This document shows, in pieces, positions 20,800 through 30,620 of a stretch of 32,000 bases of DNA. Position 1 is the stretch's first letter. Every line of letters starts with the position of its first letter. This DNA is from Bacteroides maternus (GTDB lineage: Bacteria; Bacteroidota; Bacteroidia; Bacteroidales; Bacteroidaceae), in NCBI RefSeq assembly GCF_036416795.1, contig NZ_CP143867.1, forward strand, positions 1,019,967-1,051,966. Reading direction: 5' to 3'. The notes under the pieces were generated by a model. That model was given only the letters and a program-made list of their open reading frames with translations, had not been told where the DNA came from and did no database searches. The position numbers were made by a program, and so were the translations under genes.

Positions 20800-23700
20800 A
20801 TGAACAAAAAATCTATTATACTATGTATCTTCTATGCATGGATGTCTATATTGTGCTACGGACAAACAGGTCGCCTATTTACAGCAGATCAGGAGTTATC
20901 GAGCAGCATGATAAATTCTATCTATCAAGACCATAACGGAATTATCTGGATTGCCACAGAAGATGGACTAAACAAATATGACGGTGCCAAATTCTCTATC
21001 TACAAAAGCGACAAAAACGATGAACACTCCTTAGCAAACAATTATGTACGTTGTGTCTTTGAAAGCAGCAAGAAGGAGTGTTTTGTAGGAACATTAAGTG
21101 GATTACAACACTACAGTGCTGATGCCGACCGCTTTACCGATATCCCACTGATTCTGCAAGATGGTATAATAGTAGAGCCTAACGTAGCCGCCATAGAAGA
21201 ACTGAGTAACGGAGATTTATTAGTGGGTACCGCCGGTCAAGGATTGTTCAAGATTACAAACACCCATAAAGGACTGGTCGGAATTAGCATGGAGAAAAGA
21301 ATCCCTATCCCCATCGTAAATGCGCTTCACGAAGACCGTAATGGTAACCTATGGATAAGTGCCGGTGAAAATGGAATTTTCAGAATAGACCGGAACCAAC
21401 AACTACACTGCTATCAGAAAGGGGCAAACGAATCAGAATATACCATTAGTAGTATTTGTGAGACCCCCGACAAACAGATTTACATTGGTTCCTTAGGTAA
21501 AGGACTACTTAAATATAATCCAACTCTCGACTTATTTGAACCCATCATCTATGCCAATCACCCTGAATTACCTGTCAAAAGTCTTCTTCTTGCCACGCCG
21601 GACGAAATATACATTGGAACTGACGGATACGGTTTGAAAGTATATAACATTCAAAGTCGCACTATCACAGAAAATCAGTTAAACATCACCACTTTCAACC
21701 TTGACAAGTCAAAAATTCATTCCATTATGAAAGACCGTTTCGGCAATCTGTGGTTGGGATTCTTCCAAAAAGGGGTATTGCTGATTCCTGCCATTGCCAA
21801 TGGTTTTCAATATATAGGATACAAATCCGTACGAAACAATATCATCGGTTCCAATTGTATTATGTCTGTCTGTAACGATCATGACGGCACATTATGGATA
21901 GGTACAGACAACGATGGTTTATACAAAGTGGAAAAGAATGGTAAACATACCGTCCACTTCCCTCCTACACAGGAAACCGGCTCAGTACCTTCAACCATCA
22001 TGAGTATCTACGAAGACTCGCGTCAGAATCTTTGGATAGGTTCATACATGCAAAGTATGGCTAAGATTGACAAAGAAACCGGCCATTGCCAATATTTCAA
22101 AAGAAAAACCGATGCAGACAGCAAAGAAGGGAAACTGCGTGTATACAGCTTTGCAGAAGACAAACACGACCGACTCTGGATAGGCACCATGGGTAACGGA
22201 CTTTACTACATAGATCTAAACACCGAAACCTTGCATCGCTATGAACAAGAAGACAGTACATACTATGCAACCGGCAACTTCTTGCCCGGTTACTGGATAA
22301 CCAGCCTGTTACACAGTCATGACGAAAGACTCTATATCGGCACTTATGACGGGCTGGGTTGCCTTGACCTGAAAACCATGCACCTTGCCACCGCTTTCAA
22401 CACCAATACACTCCTTCCAAATTCCGTCATCCATTCCCTTTATGAAGACAAAGAAGGCACTATATGGATAGGCACATCGGAGGGGTTGAAAGCCATGCAT
22501 CCCCAAGAATATAAAATACGTGAATACACACAAAAAGACGGACTGCCTGGTGACATCATATGCGCCATCACCCAAGATATCAATGGCGCTTTATGGTTCA
22601 GTACCAACCACGGGATAGCACGCTACAACCCACAAAAAGGCAACTTTACCCCTTATTATGCCAATGATGGCCTGCAAGGTAATGAGTTCAGCAAAAGAGC
22701 CGTCTGTACCGACAATAACGGACATATTCTGTTCGGTGGAATTAACGGGGTTACCTATTTTAATCCTGCAGAAATAAAAGATATAGCTACCACTCCTTCC
22801 GTGCATCTCACCGGTTTCTATATACACAATCAAAGCGTCAACAGTAATACGTTGTCCGAAGGAAGAAGAATCATAGAAACCTCCGTTATGAATGCTCAAC
22901 AGTTCAATCTGTCGCACAAACATAATTCTTTCAGCATGGAGTTTTCTGTCATGGAATTCTTCAATCCTGAACGCATTACTTATATGTACTCAGTCAACAA
23001 CGGACAATGGATGACTATGCAATCAGGTATTAACCGGATATCTTTTAATGACATGACACCCGGCACTTACAAGTTCAGTATCAAGGCCAAAGATTATACT
23101 TTCTATTCCGAACCTAAAAATTTCATTGTCAATATCTCTCCCGCATGGTATGCATCAAATTGGGCCAAAGGAGTGTACCTGCTGATAGCACTGACCATAA
23201 TTTACATCATTGGCGCACAGATACGCCATCGCTATCAAGTTCACCGAAAATTATTAGAACACATACATGCTGAAGAAATCAACGAGGCCAAGTTACAATT
23301 CTTCATCAACATCTCTCACGAAATCCGTACCCCGGTCACCCTTATCCTCAGCCCCCTGCAAAAACTAATGAGCAAGGACAGAAACGAAGAACGCCAAAAA
23401 AACTACCAAACCATCTCGCGTAACGCTGGACGTCTCCTCCAATTGGTGAATCAGCTACTGGACATCCGCAAGCTTGACAAAGGCCAGATGCAACTGAAAT
23501 TTAGAGAAGTAGAAATAGTAGAGTTTATACGTAATCTATCCAGTAGCTTCGAATATCAGGCAAATGCCAAAAAGATTAGCTTGAACTTCCATCCCGATAC
23601 AAAAGAACTACGTGCCTGGATAGATCCTGAAAATCTTGATAAGGCCATATTCAATGTACTCTCAAATGCATTTAAGTTCACCGAATCAGGAGGAGAAATC

Positions 23701-24912
23701 AATATCTACCTGCACACACATGAAGCGTATGAAACAAAACCAGCTTATTTTAAGATTGTAATAGAAGATAACGGTACGGGTATTGACGAAAAAGAAATAG
23801 AACGTATTTTCGACCGTTTTTATCAAGTTGCCAACAGATTAAATAATTCAGGTACCGGAATCGGTCTACATTTGACCAAATCGCTAGTTGAATTACATAA
23901 AGGAACAATCCATGCCGAAAATAATAAAGAAAAAGCCGGTTGCCGATTCATCATTCGCCTGCCATTAGGAAAAGAACACTTGAAACCGGAGGAAATAGAA
24001 GAAACTAACACTGAAGGACAGATCGCATCTGACAATAATCCGGTGTTACCCATATTCTTACCTGAAAATGAGGAAAAAGAAAGAATACGCACCAAAACCA
24101 AATATCGCATACTGATAGCAGATGATAATGAAGAGATACGCAGATACATACGTCAGGAACTAACCCCCGACTACCACATAACTGAATGTAACAATGGACA
24201 AGAAGCTTTTGAGCAAATCATAAAGGATGCACCCGACGCCCTTATCAGTGATGTCATGATGCCGGAAATGGATGGAATGACCCTCTGCCGGAAAATAAGA
24301 CAAAACATTCTTGTCAGCCACATTCCGGTCATCCTGCTGACTGCCAAAATTAATGAAGAAAGTAATCTGGAGGCTTTAGAAGGAGGAGTGGATGCCTATA
24401 TCACAAAACCGTTCAATATAGACGTTCTGAAAAAAACAATCCGAAATGTCATCTACAGGCATGAACTGATAAAAAATACCTTTAATGGAAGCATGGAACA
24501 AACTGACAAGATACAACCGATTGAGGTTCAATCACCGGATGAAAAGCTGATAGCGCGCATAATGACCATCATTAATAAGGAAATGGCAAACCCAAATCTC
24601 AGCGTGGAAATGATTGCAGCAGAAGCAGGAATCAGCCGTGTACACTTATATCGCAAAATAAAAGAATTTACCAACCAATCACCACGCAACTTTATACGCA
24701 ATGTCCGGTTGAAACAAGCTGCCCTCCTACTTGCACAGAAACACCATAACATCACGGAAGTGGCAGAGGCGGTAGGTTTTGCCAACACCACCCATTTTTC
24801 GACAGCGTTCAAGGAATTATTCGGTATCTCGCCCACTACCTATATGGAACAGAGTGCCAACAACGCAAAGTCCAATATCGTGGATACCATGGAGAAAAAT
24901 AAAGTGGAATGA
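20800..24912 (+). CDS. Hybrid two-component system (HTCS) sensor kinase / response regulator with AraC-type HTH
   Basis: 1370 aa. N-terminal signal/TM segment, then periplasmic propeller repeats (repeated DxxGxLWIGT blocks) and a TM helix (VYLLIALTIIYIIGAQI). H-box FINISHEIRTPV, ATPase boxes DNGTGI and GTGIGLHL, and a receiver domain (ILIADDNEE...LISDVMMPEMDG...LTAK). C-terminal AraC HTH (HFSTAFKELFGISPTTY). Confidence 0.94.
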   Translation: MNKKSIILCIFYAWMSILCYGQTGRLFTADQELSSSMINSIYQDHNGIIWIATEDGLNKYDGAKFSIYKSDKNDEHSLANNYVRCVFESSKKECFVGTLSGLQHYSADADRFTDIPLILQDGIIVEPNVAAIEELSNGDLLVGTAGQGLFKITNTHKGLVGISMEKRIPIPIVNALHEDRNGNLWISAGENGIFRIDRNQQLHCYQKGANESEYTISSICETPDKQIYIGSLGKGLLKYNPTLDLFEPIIYANHPELPVKSLLLATPDEIYIGTDGYGLKVYNIQSRTITENQLNITTFNLDKSKIHSIMKDRFGNLWLGFFQKGVLLIPAIANGFQYIGYKSVRNNIIGSNCIMSVCNDHDGTLWIGTDNDGLYKVEKNGKHTVHFPPTQETGSVPSTIMSIYEDSRQNLWIGSYMQSMAKIDKETGHCQYFKRKTDADSKEGKLRVYSFAEDKHDRLWIGTMGNGLYYIDLNTETLHRYEQEDSTYYATGNFLPGYWITSLLHSHDERLYIGTYDGLGCLDLKTMHLATAFNTNTLLPNSVIHSLYEDKEGTIWIGTSEGLKAMHPQEYKIREYTQKDGLPGDIICAITQDINGALWFSTNHGIARYNPQKGNFTPYYANDGLQGNEFSKRAVCTDNNGHILFGGINGVTYFNPAEIKDIATTPSVHLTGFYIHNQSVNSNTLSEGRRIIETSVMNAQQFNLSHKHNSFSMEFSVMEFFNPERITYMYSVNNGQWMTMQSGINRISFNDMTPGTYKFSIKAKDYTFYSEPKNFIVNISPAWYASNWAKGVYLLIALTIIYIIGAQIRHRYQVHRKLLEHIHAEEINEAKLQFFINISHEIRTPVTLILSPLQKLMSKDRNEERQKNYQTISRNAGRLLQLVNQLLDIRKLDKGQMQLKFREVEIVEFIRNLSSSFEYQANAKKISLNFHPDTKELRAWIDPENLDKAIFNVLSNAFKFTESGGEINIYLHTHEAYETKPAYFKIVIEDNGTGIDEKEIERIFDRFYQVANRLNNSGTGIGLHLTKSLVELHKGTIHAENNKEKAGCRFIIRLPLGKEHLKPEEIEETNTEGQIASDNNPVLPIFLPENEEKERIRTKTKYRILIADDNEEIRRYIRQELTPDYHITECNNGQEAFEQIIKDAPDALISDVMMPEMDGMTLCRKIRQNILVSHIPVILLTAKINEESNLEALEGGVDAYITKPFNIDVLKKTIRNVIYRHELIKNTFNGSMEQTDKIQPIEVQSPDEKLIARIMTIINKEMANPNLSVEMIAAEAGISRVHLYRKIKEFTNQSPRNFIRNVRLKQAALLLAQKHHNITEVAEAVGFANTTHFSTAFKELFGISPTTYMEQSANNAKSNIVDTMEKNKVE

Positions 24913-24988
24913 AATAAAGCAAGCTGTCGGTTTATCAGTATAAGCACAATAGTTTAACAGCAATAGCCTGAAAGTTTACCGGTAATAA

Positions 24989-25081
24989 TAGGTCGCTCAG
25001 TTCTATATTCTCTTTTTGAATTTTAGAAAATCCACAATTACCTTTTGATCAAAAAGTAAGAATATCAAACTAAGCGACCTA
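24989..25081. other. Long imperfect inverted repeat / roughly 93-nt stem-loop in the convergent intergenic region
   Basis: By hand pairing: 24989-24997 with 25073-25081 (9 bp perfect, TAGGTCGCT/AGCGACCTA); 24999-25002 with 25068-25071; 25005-25011 with 25059-25065; 25012-25019 with 25049-25056. That gives about 28 bp around a 29-nt apical loop. Confidence 0.45.
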
Positions 25082-25154
25082 ATTGTTAACCCCTTATAGG
25101 TCAATCTTGCATACGTACATTAATAAATTGTCGCAAAAGTCTATACATTCCGGT

Positions 25155-27101
25155 TCAATCTCTGTATCCCGGATTCTGATAGGCCATCTTTTCTTCTTTG
25201 GTCATTTCCATACCGTCCAATTGTCCTTGCGGAATGGGACGAAGATAATGGAACGCTTCGATAGTACGACGGTAAGTTTTCGGGGTATGATCTCCCTTAT
25301 CGTTTCCACAAATCACATACTCATCGGCATATTCATTCCACTTTTGTGTACGAACAAGGTCGAACCAGCGATAACCCTCACCAAAGAACTCGCGTGAACG
25401 TTCATCAAGAATATAGTCGATATCAATGGTAACCGGAGTGGCGGCAACCATTTCCGCACTATGGTCTTCCAATACTTCTGCATTAAGAGCATTACTGAAT
25501 GTCCATTTACCGGCACGTGCACGAAGAACATTCACCAGTTCGCGCGCATTCTTTCCGCTCTTAGTAGTTGCACCCTCTACTGCAGCCTCAGCAGCCACCA
25601 AATAAAGTTCAGAAAACTTAGCTATATTGTAAGGACGAGTACTACCTGCATTCGGCTGGCCTGTACCTGTACCGTTATCCGTACGATACGGACCTAATTT
25701 CCACAGTCCAGGAAATATACGACGGCTGATTCCACTGGGATTCATTACCCAATCGGCGCGTCCGGGCAGAATACCTGCGCCTAAATTACCCAAATTGGAA
25801 CCATAGGCAACGTTAGGATCCTCTTCAAGCAAGAAAGAGAAAATTGGTTCCCCTTCTTTTACCATCATTCCGTTGGCGTTTTCCACTGCATCCCAATTGG
25901 CACCATTGGTTGACCAATTTCCACGATATACTGTCGTGAAAGTTCCATCATAACGAGAGTCATTCACTTTATCAGCGAAAGTGTGAGTAAACACCCCATG
26001 AGGAGGAGCCATACGAGTCCAAGGGCGACCATAAGCCTGCTCTGCCACACGAATGACAGGAGCCACAGTGACACCGTTCACTTTAGATTGCGCATCCGTA
26101 TAATTCCAGTTCATCATCCATCCGGCAAAGTTATCGGGAGCGCCACCACCACCGTATGACAAGCTACCACCATTATAATATTCATCTTCTTGAGTATGGT
26201 CAGCATAAAGCAAGATTTCCTTATTGCGATCATTAACTCCTGCATTCACTTTCCAGAAACTTTCTTCCAAACCGAACGGACCAGGATTCTCTATGGCTTC
26301 TACAGCGATATTATAAGCTTGCTGGAAATACCAAGCCGCATCATGTCCATCAGGATCGGTCCTCTGACATTCCGGATAAGTAGGAATATTGTTCGGATTC
26401 TTCAACCACCATGCATAAGTCAGATAAGCTTTTGACAAATAAAGACGAGCCACTGTTTTAGTCAAACCACCCGTCATACGAGGATTGTCCGGCAAATTCT
26501 GAACAGCTGTAACCAAATCAGGGAAAACGACTTTAGTATAAACTTCCGGTACCGTATTACGCACGGACGTGCGTGACGGAGTAATGTTGAAAGCCAACTC
26601 ACCAGAGCCCAAGTCCAAGGGCACACCACCGAAAGTCTGAGCCAGCAGGAAATAGTACATGGCACGGAAGAAACGCGCTTCGGATATCAAAGATTCTGAT
26701 ATACCCACTTCTCCGCCATTAGCAATCACACCGTTGCAAGTATTGATATTGGTAAATGCCATACCCCATAATGCATCCGCACGGCAAGTAGAAGAGGTCA
26801 GGTTTCCTACTCCCGAAAGATCGGCATCCTTAAAGTTGCCGTCGGCGCTTTGCCCGTAAGTAGCCTCGTCCGTACCCGTAAGACAGGAATTGTAGTAATA
26901 AGCCTGTCCGTAGATGTCGCGCAAATAAGAATACATGGAAGTAATACCGCCTTCCACCCCTTTTTCCGTTTTAAAGAAAGTTGGATCATAGCTGCTACGG
27001 GGTTGTTCGTCTAGGATATCGGAACAAGAAGTTGCCAAAAGCAGACCCAAAGCAGCGGTTCCGAGAACTCTTATAGGAGAATATATCGATTTCATCTTCA
27101 T
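25155..27101 (-). CDS. SusD/RagB-family surface lipoprotein
   Basis: Lipobox LLLATSC followed by SDILDE. C-terminal ERSREFFGEGYRWFDLVRT is the SusD-family signature. It lies 6 bp downstream of the SusC-like gene on the same strand. Confidence 0.9.
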   Translation of the reverse strand: MKMKSIYSPIRVLGTAALGLLLATSCSDILDEQPRSSYDPTFFKTEKGVEGGITSMYSYLRDIYGQAYYYNSCLTGTDEATYGQSADGNFKDADLSGVGNLTSSTCRADALWGMAFTNINTCNGVIANGGEVGISESLISEARFFRAMYYFLLAQTFGGVPLDLGSGELAFNITPSRTSVRNTVPEVYTKVVFPDLVTAVQNLPDNPRMTGGLTKTVARLYLSKAYLTYAWWLKNPNNIPTYPECQRTDPDGHDAAWYFQQAYNIAVEAIENPGPFGLEESFWKVNAGVNDRNKEILLYADHTQEDEYYNGGSLSYGGGGAPDNFAGWMMNWNYTDAQSKVNGVTVAPVIRVAEQAYGRPWTRMAPPHGVFTHTFADKVNDSRYDGTFTTVYRGNWSTNGANWDAVENANGMMVKEGEPIFSFLLEEDPNVAYGSNLGNLGAGILPGRADWVMNPSGISRRIFPGLWKLGPYRTDNGTGTGQPNAGSTRPYNIAKFSELYLVAAEAAVEGATTKSGKNARELVNVLRARAGKWTFSNALNAEVLEDHSAEMVAATPVTIDIDYILDERSREFFGEGYRWFDLVRTQKWNEYADEYVICGNDKGDHTPKTYRRTIEAFHYLRPIPQGQLDGMEMTKEEKMAYQNPGYRD

Positions 27102-27107
27102 AATACT

Positions 27108-30100
27108 TTAGAATGTCAAGTTAATACCAAATAAATAGTTACGCGTAGAGGGTGAGTTCGTACCTACTGTCAGGAAACGTCTCTGAAAACCTACCACTGC
27201 TACATTCTCATCACCATAGGAGTTTGTCTCCGGATCAAGCCCGGTTTCCTTATGGAACGGAGAACAGATTACAAACGGGTTCTGGATCGTTACGTATGCA
27301 CGCAATCCTTGTACTCCCAGTTGTTTCAGCCAACGTTGGTTGTCCATGTTGTAGCCCAATGTAATGGTGCGTACTTTCCAATATGAGGCGTCAAAATATC
27401 CCAACGTAGAACCATACTTCGGATTATCACCACTTTGAATGCCACCCGGTTTCGGATATTTAGCATTGGTATTCTCTTCTGTCCAGTAGTCTACATCTAC
27501 CTGTCCACGACGGCCGCTCAACATATTCAGATAACCGCTGGAATGGTGAAGCGTACTCAACAACTTACCGCCACACTTGAACGCAGTAATCACATTCAAG
27601 TCAAAATTCTTATAAGCCACACGCGTACTAAAACCTCCCTGGAATTTAGACTCTAAACTCATGATCTGACGGTCTTCCGGTCCGATAGCACGTACAGGAG
27701 TACCGTCCGCATTGTAATCGTCGGTATATTTCACCTTGATCATACCTACATTACCACCCGGTTCAAGAATATCGAGATAAGGATCCCCTTCTTGCCACAA
27801 GCCGACATATTCATAATCAAAAATAGCGTCAATAGGATAGCCTACAAACCAGCCATTGCCTTCATCACGGTCTTTCTTTGATGCCAACTCAACCAGTTTA
27901 TTGCGGTTGGCAGAAAGATTCAGACTGGCATCCCATGTCCATCCGTTATGATTGTCAAGAATCGTACCGTTTAATGTCAACTCAAAGCCCTTATTCTCGG
28001 TTTTACCCACATTGGCCATGTAGCTACCTACACCTGATGTAGAAGGTAAGTTCACGTTCTGCAACAAATCATGTGTCTTCTGGATGTAGTATTCGAAAGT
28101 ACCGGACAAGCGACCATTGAACAAAGTGAAATCCAAACCTACGTTCCATGTGGAAGAATATTCCCAGCCCAACATCGCATTGGGCATTTCTGATACGTAA
28201 TATCCCGTAGCAAAATTAGTAGGTCCGAAGTTATAAGGACGTGTATTCAGTCTACCCAATGTCTTATAAGGATCTACAGCCTGATTGGAAGTCTCACCAT
28301 AACCTACACGCAATTTCAATATATCCAGCCACTCTATACCATCCATAAAGGCTTCGTTACGAATATTCCAACCGGCAGATACAGCCGGATAAGTATGCCA
28401 TTGATGACCTTTTGCCAAACGTGAAGAAGCATCCGAACGAACCGTTGCCATCAACATATAACGATTATCATAAGTGTACATCGCACGCCCCATCCATGAC
28501 ATCAAACCTGTCTTTTGATAATTCCAGTTACTCGGATTTACAGTAATAGTACCTTCAGCACGACCAATATTGTAGTACTGGAAATACTCTGCCGGAATAT
28601 CCCGACCTGCCACATGAGAACGCGTATAAACAGTTTGTTCGGCTGAATACATTCCAATGACGTTGAATTGGTGTTTTCCGATAGTGCGGTCGTAAGTCAG
28701 CAAGTTTTCAACCGCCCAGTTCGTTGTTTCCGAATGTGCCAATGCTGCAGTAGAGGGGGCATCGGGCGCCGTATTGTTAATGCCGTAACCGGTAAACTCA
28801 CCCTGCTTGGTGGAACGATAGTTTAAACCAAGGTTCATACGATACTTCAATCCTTTTATCCAAGGACATTGAACTTCCGCAAAAAGGTTGTTATAAGTAC
28901 CGAATCCTTTACTTTCGTTCAACCATTTCTCTTCCAAATTCTCTACAACATCGCGAGTCATCACGAATGCCTCATCCTGACTGTTATATTTTACAGTACG
29001 CTTCAAAGTACCGTCTTCGTTATACGGATTGGCTATAGGAGAAACAGACAATACGCCATACAGACCGATGTTGTTGCCTTTAGTCACATTGTAATTGCTG
29101 TTTGTGGTAAGGCCAAAACGGAAGTATTTACCTACACCTTGATCGAACGAACCACGCAATGAATAACGGGTATAATTCTGTGTAGGAATCACACCTTGAT
29201 CTTTGTAGTATGCACCACCAAAACTGTAGTTTCCACCTTGCGTACCACCTGAAATATTAACATCATGGCTGGTAACAAAACCATTACGGTACATCAGATC
29301 CTGCCAATCGGTATTGACATCATCCGATTCATCCATAGAATTCTCAAATTTACCTGCATATTTACGCATTTCAGCAAACTTTTCACCGTTCATCATAGGA
29401 TATTTGGAGAATACCTTTTTCAAACCTACATAACCATTATATGATACTTTGGCAGGAGCACCGGTCACACCTTTATGAGTTGTAATAAGGATAACACCAT
29501 TGGCACCGCGCGAACCATAAATAGCCGTTGAAGAAGCATCTTTTAAAATATCCATACTCTTGATGTCGCTGGGATTGATATCGGTAAGGCTACCCATAAA
29601 CGGTATTCCATCCAACACAATCAACGGGTCGTTAGTAGCACTCAAAGAACGTGTACCACGAATACGTATCTGCATAGTGGCACCCGGACGAGAAGATGTC
29701 TGTGACATATCCACGCCGGCAATACGGTTTTGCAGAGCATAAGATACATCAGCGGCAGGTACTTCACGCAATTTGTCGCCGCCTACAGATGCAATAGATC
29801 CCGTTACATCCGACTTGCGTGCCGTACCATAACCAATTACAACAACTTCTTCCAATGCTTTGGAGTCTTCTTTCAGTATAACCTTAAGTTCGGTTTCATT
29901 TTCTACCGGAATTTCCTGCGTCACATATCCTATATAAGAAATTACGAGCGTAGCTCCTTTCTGCACTGAAAGCGAGAATTTACCATCCAAATCAGTAATC
30001 ACGCCGTTTGTAGTACCTTTTTCAGTCACATTAGCTCCGATAATCGATTCACTCGCATTATCATTTACTACACCTTGCACCCGGATACTTTGTGCAAAAC

Positions 30101-30170
30101 CCCACGAGGGTATTACACTAAGTAAGAACAATAGTACCAAAGGTTTAAAATAAGAATTAGTGTTTTTCAT
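27108..30170 (-). CDS. SusC/RagA-family TonB-dependent outer-membrane transporter
   Basis: Signal peptide MKNTNSYFKPLVLLFLLSVIPSWGFA|Q. Carboxypeptidase-regulatory-like domain (VQGVVNDNASESIIGANVTEKGTTNGVITDLDGKFSL), plug EEVVVIGYGTARKSDVTGS, and a terminal LTF. ATG at 30170 preferred over 30224. Confidence 0.93.
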   Translation of the reverse strand: MKNTNSYFKPLVLLFLLSVIPSWGFAQSIRVQGVVNDNASESIIGANVTEKGTTNGVITDLDGKFSLSVQKGATLVISYIGYVTQEIPVENETELKVILKEDSKALEEVVVIGYGTARKSDVTGSIASVGGDKLREVPAADVSYALQNRIAGVDMSQTSSRPGATMQIRIRGTRSLSATNDPLIVLDGIPFMGSLTDINPSDIKSMDILKDASSTAIYGSRGANGVILITTHKGVTGAPAKVSYNGYVGLKKVFSKYPMMNGEKFAEMRKYAGKFENSMDESDDVNTDWQDLMYRNGFVTSHDVNISGGTQGGNYSFGGAYYKDQGVIPTQNYTRYSLRGSFDQGVGKYFRFGLTTNSNYNVTKGNNIGLYGVLSVSPIANPYNEDGTLKRTVKYNSQDEAFVMTRDVVENLEEKWLNESKGFGTYNNLFAEVQCPWIKGLKYRMNLGLNYRSTKQGEFTGYGINNTAPDAPSTAALAHSETTNWAVENLLTYDRTIGKHQFNVIGMYSAEQTVYTRSHVAGRDIPAEYFQYYNIGRAEGTITVNPSNWNYQKTGLMSWMGRAMYTYDNRYMLMATVRSDASSRLAKGHQWHTYPAVSAGWNIRNEAFMDGIEWLDILKLRVGYGETSNQAVDPYKTLGRLNTRPYNFGPTNFATGYYVSEMPNAMLGWEYSSTWNVGLDFTLFNGRLSGTFEYYIQKTHDLLQNVNLPSTSGVGSYMANVGKTENKGFELTLNGTILDNHNGWTWDASLNLSANRNKLVELASKKDRDEGNGWFVGYPIDAIFDYEYVGLWQEGDPYLDILEPGGNVGMIKVKYTDDYNADGTPVRAIGPEDRQIMSLESKFQGGFSTRVAYKNFDLNVITAFKCGGKLLSTLHHSSGYLNMLSGRRGQVDVDYWTEENTNAKYPKPGGIQSGDNPKYGSTLGYFDASYWKVRTITLGYNMDNQRWLKQLGVQGLRAYVTIQNPFVICSPFHKETGLDPETNSYGDENVAVVGFQRRFLTVGTNSPSTRNYLFGINLTF

Positions 30171-30323
30171 AAAAACATTTTTTTGATTTAAATTACCATT
30201 AATTAAAAATACAAGTTCACGCATTAAGATTCGTCTTTTATGTCTTCATACACATTAATTTATAGGTTAAACATATTTTACTATTCACGACATAGTTTTT
30301 TGCATTAAAAAACTTCTCGAAGA

Positions 30324-30331
30324 CAAAACTA
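30324..30331 (-). promoter_or_regulatory. Candidate -7 box TAGTTTTG for the minus-strand susC-like gene
   Basis: Plus strand CAAAACTA equals minus strand TAGTTTTG, an exact TAnnTTTG match about 154 nt upstream of ATG 30170. This implies a long leader. Confidence 0.3.
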
Positions 30332-30383
30332 TATAATAAAAAACAAATGCAAGAAAACAAATAATACACATATTTTCCTCCAC

Positions 30384-30409
30384 GTAACATAGTACCAGTA
30401 ATATGTTAC
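30384..30409. repeat. 8-bp perfect inverted repeat GTAACATA / TATGTTAC with a 10-nt loop
   Basis: Arms at 30384-30391 and 30402-30409. It overlaps one ACATAG motif. Confidence 0.45.
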
Positions 30410-30542
30410 ATAATCGTTAATATAGGTTACTCGCAACATAGAAAGTCAGTATTAGCCAGTCATTTAATAGCTATTTACCCAATTTATCCATCAAAATCCG
30501 CCATAATCTTCCGTTTGCTCAATGACGGCTCAATAATTACAC

Positions 30543-30550
30543 TAAATTTG
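30543..30550 (+). promoter_or_regulatory. Candidate -7 box TAAATTTG for the STN-domain receptor gene
   Basis: Exact TAnnTTTG match 70 nt upstream of ATG 30621. Confidence 0.45.
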
Positions 30551-30620
30551 CAGTCGAAAACCGTACCCGATTGAGCACCCATGTTGTAGTATAAGTAAAA
30601 TCAATAAAAACAAAGGAATA

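Larger units (their letters stand above)
30261..30441 (+). repeat. Cluster of short same-orientation repeats in the divergent promoter region: TATAGGTTA x2 and CG(N0-2)ACATAG x3
   Basis: TATAGGTTA at 30261-30269 and 30421-30429. CGACATAG at 30288-30295, CGTAACATAG at 30383-30392, and CGCAACATAG at 30432-30441. Confidence 0.5.

Noticed and set aside
20649-20936. 95-aa ORF spanning the hppA/HTCS intergenic region and the HTCS start
   Set aside because: It starts in AT-rich promoter DNA, contains the HTCS -7 box, and overlaps the HTCS signal peptide out of frame. It has no features of a real protein.
25083-25397. 104-aa plus-strand ORF at the susD 3' end
   Set aside because: It is mostly antisense to the conserved SusD C-terminus and begins in the convergent intergenic spacer, so it is probably a shadow ORF.
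30177-30183. Homopolymer runs (T7 at 30177-30183, A7 at 7805-7811, A7 near 20785-20791, A7 near 23394-23400) as slipped-strand phase-variation tracts
   Set aside because: Runs of 7 are short for contingency loci and are common in AT-rich Bacteroides DNA. The coding ones are in frame in intact genes.
30171-30620. Possible invertible (phase-variable) promoter between the divergent susC-like and receptor genes
   Set aside because: I found no pair of long (15-25 bp) inverted repeats flanking a promoter-sized segment. No site-specific recombinase gene is in the window. The only inverted repeat is an 8-bp local hairpin.
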